Below are positions 6,328 to 11,704 of a stretch of DNA of 12,542 nt, piece after piece. The stretch's first letter is position 1. The number at the start of each line of letters is the position of its first letter. The stretch is taken from contig CAYXSZ010000082.1 in the NCBI GenBank assembly GCA_964468425.1, positions 1 to 12,542 on the forward strand, read 5' to 3'. The stretch comes from Candidatus Woesearchaeota archaeon. GTDB lineage: Archaea; Nanobdellota; Nanobdellia; Nanobdellales; Nanobdellaceae. The notes under the pieces were generated by a model that was given only the letters and a program-made list of their open reading frames with translations, was not told the origin of the DNA and did no database searches. A program made the position numbers and the translations under genes.

Positions 6328-7371
6328 CTACGTTTTCCGTATTTTTGCTACATAAAAACCTTCCGAATCGTTGTCCCATGGCCAAATTCGAAGCGTCTTT
6401 TTGATGTCGTCGTAAAACTTCTCCTTGTTCCACTCTACAAAAGGTTCTGAGCGATTTAGACCGGGGAGCTTCACTTTCTCAACTTTAGCGTTTTCTCTTT
6501 TTTCTAGTAGAAAGTTAACTACCGCTTCGTTTTCTTCGGGTTCGACGGAGCACGTGGAGTAAACTAACACTCCTCCCGGTTTAACGCTGTCAAAAGCGGA
6601 GAGAATTAAAGATTTTTGCAGTTTCGAGAGTCTTTTAATGGTTTTTGGATTCCATATTTCTAAGGTTTTGTAAGATTTACGAATAGCGCCCGTTCCCGAG
6701 CAAGGAGCGTCGAGTAAAACTCGATCGAAAGTATCTTTAAACTTTCCAAAGAACGTTCCATCGTGTTTAGTTACAATTGCGTTTATAACTCCCTGTCTCT
6801 GCAAGTTTTCCGCTAACGCCGAAATTCTTTGGAGATCGATGTCGTTAGCAATTACGCAACCTTTATTTTCCATGTGCATCGCGATTTGCGTCGTTTTTGA
6901 ACCGGGAGCGGCACACATATCTAGAATAAGCTCTCCCGGTTGAGGATCTAAAACTATGGGAGGAATCATCGAAGCAACTTCTTGCGAGTAGTAGTACCCA
7001 AGTTGAAACTCGATAGTATTTCCTATATCGCGCCTTTCAGGGTGTTCTAACCAGAATCCGTATTTGTAGAAAGGAACTCTTTTAATTCTCCACCCTTGGG
7101 CTTGTAAGCGATTTAACACATCCGAAGCGGTTACTTCCAATTCAAAAGGATACTGTTTTAATTTATAGCAGTTATCGACTTCTATCTCTTCCAAGTTGAG
7201 TTTTTTCAGACTTTCTGGAATATCGTCTTTAACTTTCAATGTATTTATACGAATAGATTTAGTTAGAGGTTTCAGCGACCACTCTATGAATTTTTCATAA
7301 TCGTCTCCAAGCATCTTTCGATAGTGGAGTTCAAAAGATCGCTTTATTTGTATTTCCACAGTTAGATTCAA
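6328..7371 (-). CDS. NOL1/NOP2/Sun-family RNA (cytosine-C5)-methyltransferase (tRNA/rRNA m5C)
   Basis: SAM motif I is DMCAAPGSKT. The two catalytic Cys motifs are DAPCSGTG and YSTCSVEPEENE. The N-terminal region contains RINTLK. The track start at 7371 is TTG. GTG at 7357-7359 (codon 5) or ATG at codon 20 are alternatives, and promoter geometry favours the GTG (see findings). Confidence 0.85.
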   Translation of the reverse strand: MNLTVEIQIKRSFELHYRKMLGDDYEKFIEWSLKPLTKSIRINTLKVKDDIPESLKKLNLEEIEVDNCYKLKQYPFELEVTASDVLNRLQAQGWRIKRVPFYKYGFWLEHPERRDIGNTIEFQLGYYYSQEVASMIPPIVLDPQPGELILDMCAAPGSKTTQIAMHMENKGCVIANDIDLQRISALAENLQRQGVINAIVTKHDGTFFGKFKDTFDRVLLDAPCSGTGAIRKSYKTLEIWNPKTIKRLSKLQKSLILSAFDSVKPGGVLVYSTCSVEPEENEAVVNFLLEKRENAKVEKVKLPGLNRSEPFVEWNKEKFYDDIKKTLRIWPWDNDSEGFYVAKIRKT

Positions 7372-7380
7372 AAGGGAAAA

Positions 7381-7392
7381 CTAAAAATTAAG
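7381..7392. promoter_or_regulatory. A/T-rich TATA-like element, possibly serving both the sRNA (+) and the methyltransferase (-)
   Basis: CTAAAAATTAAG is centred near 7387. That is about 26 nt from 7413 (just 5' of the perfect C box at 7415) and about 27 nt from the GTG at 7359 on the other strand. Confidence 0.35.
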
Positions 7393-7437
7393 ATGATGAG
7401 GCTCGTTACGGCAGATGATGAGGTTACCCATCACAGA
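7391..7437 (+). repeat. 22-nt tandem duplication of the C-box/guide/D' module
   Basis: AGATGATGAGG occurs at 7391-7401 and again at 7413-7423. In each copy, 10 diverged nt (CTCGTTACGG versus TTACCCATCA) follow the shared GG, completing the two 12-nt guides, and CAGA comes next (7412-7415 and 7434-7437). Confidence 0.6.
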
Positions 7438-7464
7438 AAATGAAGAGTGCCGAGTTCCCTGATT
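7413..7464 (+). ncRNA. C/D box sRNA (2'-O-methylation guide), canonical archaeal architecture
   Basis: C box ATGATGA (7415-7421), 12-nt guide GGTTACCCATCA (7422-7433), D' CAGA (7434-7437), AAA spacer, C' TGAAGA (7441-7446), 12-nt guide GTGCCGAGTTCC (7447-7458), D box CTGA (7459-7462). The 12-nt guides and the 3-nt D'-C' spacer fit the archaeal norm. It lies in a 91-nt intergenic gap and ends at the uS11 stop codon. Confidence 0.7.
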
Positions 7465-7870
7465 AGACTCTTCTTCCTCTCTTTCCTCCCTTTCTTCTAC
7501 AACCGTCGTGAGGAACGGGTGTTACGTCCTCGATTACTCCAACTTTTAAACCAGAAGTGATAAGAGTCTTTATCGCAAATTGGGCTGAGGGAGTAACTAC
7601 CCAAGGACCATTGTGTCCTCCAGGAGCCCTAACTCGTATGTGTACTGCGTTTATTCCCCTTTCTAATGCCTTTTGAGCTGCAAGCTTGGCTGCGAGAATA
7701 GCTGCTGTAGGAGTTCCCTCTAATCTATCCGCAGAAACAACCATCCCGCCAGATCCTACTGCAATGGTTTCGGAACCCGTTATATCTGTAATATGAACGA
7801 TCGTGTTGTTCTTTGAGGAGTAAATCCAAGCTATCCCCCAGCGAAGTTTTTCCTTCTTCTCCTCAGCCAT
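7463..7870 (-). CDS. rps11: 30S ribosomal protein uS11 (S11)
   Basis: 135 aa. [30 protein letters not shown], and a basic C-terminal tail [12 protein letters not shown] are typical of archaeal S11. ATG start. Confidence 0.95.
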   Translation of the reverse strand: MAEEKKEKLRWGIAWIYSSKNNTIVHITDITGSETIAVGSGGMVVSADRLEGTPTAAILAAKLAAQKALERGINAVHIRVRAPGGHNGPWVVTPSAQFAIKTLITSGLKVGVIEDVTPVPHDGCRRKGGKRGRRV

Positions 7871-7887
7871 TTATCTTTATTTCAGGT

Positions 7888-7900
7888 ACATTTTTAAGCC
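7888..7900. promoter_or_regulatory. single A/T-rich TATA-like element midway in the 48-bp uS11/eL31 divergent gap
   Basis: ACATTTTTAAGCC. The core TTTTTAA (7891-7897, centre 7894) is 24 nt from the uS11 ATG (7870) and 25 nt from the eL31 ATG (7919). Neither side has an SD. Confidence 0.35.
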
Positions 7901-7918
7901 TTAACTACTCACACTTAA

Positions 7919-8281
7919 ATGGAAGAAGCTAAGCAAGAAACCCAAGTTCAAGAATCTAAGGCTCAATCAGAAACTACTCAAGAAGCTAAAGATAAAGAAA
8001 TAAGAGCAGATGCACAGGAAACCAAGAAACTACCCGAAACCAAGGTTCTCACGCTGAACTTGAGAAGGTATATTCTCAACGCTTCAAGATTTAAAAGGGC
8101 TAAGAAAGCCATAAAGTCACTTAAACAATTAGTTCTTAGACACTCCAAAGCAAAAGAAGTTAAAATCTCTGCTAGATTGAATCAATACATTTGGGCTCGA
8201 GGGATCAAGAAGCCTCCTGCAAAAGTAACTGTCAAAATTATTAAAAAAGAGGATACTGCTTATGTCGACCTAGCTAGCTAG
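7919..8281 (+). CDS. rpl31e: 50S ribosomal protein eL31 (L31e) with an N-terminal low-complexity extension
   Basis: The C-terminal ~80 aa (VLTLNLRR...RFKRAKKAIKSLKQLVLRH...EVKISARLNQYIWARGIKKPPAKVTVKI) match the L31e pattern. The first ~40 aa are E/Q/T/K-rich, and there is no alternative ATG in frame. Confidence 0.85.
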   Translation: MEEAKQETQVQESKAQSETTQEAKDKEIRADAQETKKLPETKVLTLNLRRYILNASRFKRAKKAIKSLKQLVLRHSKAKEVKISARLNQYIWARGIKKPPAKVTVKIIKKEDTAYVDLAS

Positions 8282-8287
8282 CATTTT

Positions 8288-9580
8288 ATGAATCCTTTTG
8301 TCCAGAAACTTATAGATTTTGTCGTAGGTCAGGTAAACCCTTATAAGATCCTTAAAAGAAAAGTTAAAATCAATGGAGATTTCTTGATTGTAAATAATCA
8401 GCGTATCGAGCTTTCTGGAGACATTTACGTTATCTCTGTTGGGAAAGCAGCGTGTTCTATGGGAAGAGCTGTAGAAGATTTACTAGGAGAGAAGATAAAG
8501 GAAGGTATTGCTGTAACTAAATACGGTTATGCTCAGGAGCTCAAAAAACTGAATATCGTAGAAGCTGGTCATCCTTACCCAGATGAGAATTCAATAGAAG
8601 CTGGAAAATTGGGATTAGAATTAGTTAAAAGGGCTAAATCAAATGATACTATCATATTTTTAATATCTGGAGGTGCTTCCTCCCTGTTTGAAGTTCCAGA
8701 GGAAGGCATTTCTCCCGAAGATTTGAGGAAAGCTTATACTCTTCTCGTTAACTCTGGAATGAACATCTCCGAAATAAACACAATAAGAAAACACATTTCA
8801 AAGATAAAGGGTGGAAAAATACTCAAATATACAAGAGCTAAAATTATTTCTTTAATAATTTCAGACGTTGTTGGAAACGATCTATCGACAATAGCCTCTG
8901 GGTTAACGTATAAAGACCCAACAACTTTTAAAGATGCGTACGAGCTTCTAACAGCTAAAGATCTTTGGAAAAAGCTTCCAGATTCTGTGAAAAAAGTCAT
9001 TTTAAGGGGATTGGAAGACAATTCATTAGAGACATTAAAAGAAATTCCTGAAAACGTTCACAACTTCTTGATAGCCGATAACGACAGTTTGCTACTTGAA
9101 CTAAAGAAGTTCGTAGAGAGTTTCGGAGTAAGAGCGGAAATAATCACAAGTTATGTGACGGGAGAGGCTAGAGAATTCGGAAAGTTTGTCTCTTCAATTG
9201 TAAAAGAAATTAAAACTAAGAATAGACCATTTTCTCCACCAGTAGCCTTGATCTTCGGAGGAGAAACCTATGTAACGGTTACTTCGAGAACTGGAAAGGG
9301 AGGTCCAAATCAAGAAATAATTCTCTCTATGATAAATGAATTAAAAGATTTTGAAAATGTTCTAGCCTTGGCATTGGATACGGATGGAACGGATGGTCCG
9401 ACAGACGCAGCTGGAGCGTATTTCGATGAAAATATTTTAAGATCTGCAAGAAACAAGGACATTCGCCAGTATCTAATTAAAAATAGCGCTTACGACATTT
9501 TAAAAGACATAAATGCCCTGATTTTCACTGGACCGACGTATTCTAATTTAAATTCTATATGTGTAGTAATTCTAATGTAG
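8288..9580 (+). CDS. gck: MOFRL-family glycerate 2-kinase (class II glycerate kinase / TtuD-like)
   Basis: Family motifs in order: VGKAACSMGRA, GHPYPDENS, LISGGASSL, INTIRKHISKIKGG, IISDVVGNDLSTIASG, GGETYVTV..GKGGPNQE, DTDGTDGPTDAAGA. It starts 6 nt after the eL31 stop. Confidence 0.85.
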   Translation: MNPFVQKLIDFVVGQVNPYKILKRKVKINGDFLIVNNQRIELSGDIYVISVGKAACSMGRAVEDLLGEKIKEGIAVTKYGYAQELKKLNIVEAGHPYPDENSIEAGKLGLELVKRAKSNDTIIFLISGGASSLFEVPEEGISPEDLRKAYTLLVNSGMNISEINTIRKHISKIKGGKILKYTRAKIISLIISDVVGNDLSTIASGLTYKDPTTFKDAYELLTAKDLWKKLPDSVKKVILRGLEDNSLETLKEIPENVHNFLIADNDSLLLELKKFVESFGVRAEIITSYVTGEAREFGKFVSSIVKEIKTKNRPFSPPVALIFGGETYVTVTSRTGKGGPNQEIILSMINELKDFENVLALALDTDGTDGPTDAAGAYFDENILRSARNKDIRQYLIKNSAYDILKDINALIFTGPTYSNLNSICVVILM

Positions 9581-9635
9581 CCCGGACAACTCTTCCGTGT
9601 CATCGATCAACGGAAACCCTCGTCCGGGCTATGTA
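9574..9635 (-). ncRNA. GC-rich stem-loop: candidate single-hairpin H/ACA-like sRNA (minus strand), or alternatively a 3'-end/terminator hairpin shared by the convergent genes
   Basis: The outer stem is GCCCGGAC (9580-9587) paired with GTCCGGGC (9622-9629). The internal loop is 5 x 6 nt. The inner stem is TTCCGT (9593-9598) paired with ACGGAA (9610-9615), closed by an 11-nt loop. The 50-nt core is 31/50 G+C in an AT-rich background. Read on the minus strand, ACA (complement of 9576-9578) lies 14 nt 3' of the upper stem and the loop UGAUCGAUGAC has two GA steps. Confidence 0.4.
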
Positions 9636-9654
9636 TTTTATAAACTTAATGCTT

Positions 9655-10185
9655 TTAAGCGTAAATTCCCTTGAGAAAAGAAATTATTTCTTTTTTAAGC
9701 TCGTCAGAGTGTATGAATAACTTTTTAGCAGATTCCTTTGGAGGATCTCCCGCACGAACTTTCCCCCAAGTTTTTTTGAGCCAAGAGGGTTTTATTTTGA
9801 ACACAGAACTAAGAATTTTCTCTCCCGTGGTTGTTATTTGAGGTTCTCCTGGCTCGTGGATTTCGTGTTCAGTTTTAATCTCTATTTCGAGCGAACCTTG
9901 CTGGGTTTGCGGATTCCATCCATCGACTCTGATTGTTAAGGTTAAAAACCAGTTGATTTTTAGCGTATCCTCGTCGTAAAAGTTCTGGGTAGCCTTCCAT
10001 TGAATCTCAATAAAATAAGAGCCGTCTGCAGCGATTCTATGATAATAATATACTTCGTAATAATCTTCTCCAGGAATTCCTTCCCAGTCATTGTTTTTCA
10101 AGAGATCGTGAAGAAACTCGTATAACTTTTTTAGATCAAACTTACCCTTAAACTTAACTTTAGACTTGTAGATCTGCTCAGCCAT
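9655..10185 (-). CDS. hypothetical protein, paralog B of a tandem pair (family not recognised)
   Basis: 176 aa, ATG start sharing one nt with the upstream stop (TAATG). It shares spaced motifs with the upstream ORF: VKF at residues 10-12, LYxxLxDLL, DGSxxIxIxW, I.V.G, and KVRA at 142-145. Confidence 0.7.
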   Translation of the reverse strand: MAEQIYKSKVKFKGKFDLKKLYEFLHDLLKNNDWEGIPGEDYYEVYYYHRIAADGSYFIEIQWKATQNFYDEDTLKINWFLTLTIRVDGWNPQTQQGSLEIEIKTEHEIHEPGEPQITTTGEKILSSVFKIKPSWLKKTWGKVRAGDPPKESAKKLFIHSDELKKEIISFLKGIYA

Positions 10186-10676
10186 TAGATTTTGAAGGAC
10201 GCTGTTAGATCTTTTAACATACCCAAGAATTCCTCGCCAATCGCTCTCACTTTCTTTTTGTGCTCCTTTATTTCGCCACTTACTATGTATTTCTCGTAAA
10301 GAGCTCTTAAAAATATGTTAAACGGTTTATCTCCAAAGAACTTTTCGTAATCGACTTCTAACTCTGCATTTAATTCTACAGAAAACTCGTCTACGTGGTG
10401 CATTTCCCTCCCGTTCACGTTTACGGGTTTTAATCCAGAAACTTCGATCCCGAAGTTATAAATATACTTACAATAATCTGTTACTTTCTTTTCGCACTCC
10501 CATTCGAGCTTTATGTCCCTCGACCCATCCTCCTTTACCTTTTCTTCGTGCTTCTTTTCAAGAAAATCAAATCCTTTGGCATCCCAAAAGTCTTTTATAG
10601 CTTGATAAATAGTTTCGAATTCGAGTAAACCAGAATAAACAAATTTTACACCATCCAAGATTTTGTCTTTCGGCAT
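10185..10676 (-). CDS. hypothetical protein, paralog A of a tandem pair (family not recognised)
   Basis: 163 aa, ATG start, with a TATA-like box at -21..-32. Its motifs VKF (10-12), IYxxIxDFW, DGSRDIKLEW, IEVSG and KVRA (142-145) match the downstream ORF at the same spacing. Confidence 0.7.
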   Translation of the reverse strand: MPKDKILDGVKFVYSGLLEFETIYQAIKDFWDAKGFDFLEKKHEEKVKEDGSRDIKLEWECEKKVTDYCKYIYNFGIEVSGLKPVNVNGREMHHVDEFSVELNAELEVDYEKFFGDKPFNIFLRALYEKYIVSGEIKEHKKKVRAIGEEFLGMLKDLTASFKI

Positions 10677-10710
10677 TAAATTTAAAGGAGTGTTCCTACT
10701 TAAAAGTTAA
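10677..10710. promoter_or_regulatory. 34-bp divergent promoter region with two interdigitated TATA-like boxes
   Basis: TAAATTTAAAGG (10677-10688) is at -34..-23 of the Toprim ATG. On the other strand, ACTTTTAAGTAG (complement of 10697-10708) is at -21..-32 of the paralog-A ATG. Each box abuts the other gene's start codon. Confidence 0.4.
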
Positions 10711-11082
10711 ATGAAGAAACTTCGCTTCATAAAGTACCTGCAGCTTTACTCCGAGAAAAACTTGATCGTTGTGGAGGGTAAAAAAGATAAAGAACCCCTC
10801 CAAGAACTCAATATAAAGAACGTTTATGCTATTCACGAAATTTCGAGAATAGATACTTCTTATTTTAAGGAAGTTCTCATTTTAACCGATAGAGATCGAA
10901 AGGGTAAAAAAATTTACAAATATTTGTACCATTACTTCACATCCGAGGGTTTGGTAATTAATGAAAAGCTCAGAGAGGAGTTCTTTAAGGTATTTGGAGT
11001 TGTTCGAGTAGAAGAAATTAGGAAAAAGCTGGACTTTGTGAGGAATTACTTATGGTATGAAGAGCTTACGCGAGTTTGTTGA
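10711..11082 (+). CDS. small stand-alone Toprim-domain protein (UPF0292 / RNase M5-like small primase-like family)
   Basis: 123 aa. The conserved Toprim glutamate is in IVVEGKKDKEPL and the DxD motif is in ILTDRDRKGKKI. Size and layout are typical of small archaeal Toprim proteins. Confidence 0.7.
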   Translation: MKKLRFIKYLQLYSEKNLIVVEGKKDKEPLQELNIKNVYAIHEISRIDTSYFKEVLILTDRDRKGKKIYKYLYHYFTSEGLVINEKLREEFFKVFGVVRVEEIRKKLDFVRNYLWYEELTRVC

Positions 11083-11704
11083 TTACCTAAAAGCTCAGGG
11101 ATTTTCTGAAGGAATTCTCGAAGCTTTCTCGAAGATCGATAGAAAGTTCTTCGTTCCCGAAGAATATAAAGATTTAGCTTACGAAGACACAGTAATTCCG
11201 TTAAAAGATGGAGTTACGATTTCTCAACCAACCGTTTTAGCGCATATGCTAGACGCTCTTGAAGTAGAATCGGGATTAAAAGTTCTAGAGATAGGAACAG
11301 GATCTGGATACTCTACAGCTCTTTTATCTTATTTAGTTGGAGAAAAAGGAAGCGTGGTTTCTGTTGAAATAGACAGAGATTCGTACGAGTACGCCCGAGA
11401 AAAAATCTCAAAGCTGATAGAGGAAAAAGTTATTCCAAATAACGTAAAGCTCGTTTTAGGGGATGGGTCTCTCGGATATCCAAGGGAAGCGCCGTATGAT
11501 CGAATAATAGCGCATGCTGCCTGTTCGGAGATTCCAAATCCATGGATTTGGCAGTTAAGAGACAACGGAATAATTGTAGCTCCGGTTGGCGTTGCGTGGA
11601 GCCAAAAACTTACTAAGCTAAGAAAAAAACACGGAAAGCTTGAAAAAACATTTATTCTCGATGTAGTATTCGTTCCACTTCGAGGAAAGTTCGGAGAGCT
11701 ATGA
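11057..11704 (+). CDS. pcm: protein-L-isoaspartate(D-aspartate) O-methyltransferase
   Basis: 215 aa. Pre-region TISQPTVLAHML, SAM motif I VLEIGTGSGY, then VVSVE, GDG..GYP..APYDRI, and a C-terminal VFVPL. The ATG at 11057 overlaps the Toprim 3' end by 26 nt. Confidence 0.9.
   Translation: MKSLREFVDYLKAQGFSEGILEAFSKIDRKFFVPEEYKDLAYEDTVIPLKDGVTISQPTVLAHMLDALEVESGLKVLEIGTGSGYSTALLSYLVGEKGSVVSVEIDRDSYEYAREKISKLIEEKVIPNNVKLVLGDGSLGYPREAPYDRIIAHAACSEIPNPWIWQLRDNGIIVAPVGVAWSQKLTKLRKKHGKLEKTFILDVVFVPLRGKFGEL

Noticed and set aside
7391-7464. Minus-strand reading of the C/D box region
   Set aside because: The reverse complement offers only GTGATGG as a C-like box and no CTGA at the proper spacing. 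The plus strand has two perfect ATGATGA boxes and a perfect terminal CTGA with exact 12-nt spacers.
8734-9021. Minus-strand ORF inside the glycerate kinase gene
   Set aside because: It is antisense to a gene whose MOFRL motifs run through exactly this segment (INTIRKHISKIKGG, ISDVVGND). It has no independent support.
9580-9629. Hairpin as a tRNA, a split-tRNA half or a CRISPR repeat
   Set aside because: It is too short for a tRNA. It has no 7-nt T-loop or anticodon-arm geometry (the loop is 11 nt) and no D-arm. It is a single copy, so it is not a repeat array.
10684-10690. AAAGGAG as a Shine-Dalgarno sequence for the Toprim gene
   Set aside because: The GGAG ends 20 nt upstream of the ATG, too far for an SD. 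It is more likely part of, or flanking, the TATA-like box.
11329-11565. Minus-strand ORF inside pcm
   Set aside because: It is antisense to the PIMT core (motif I through the post-I region), with no motifs of its own.
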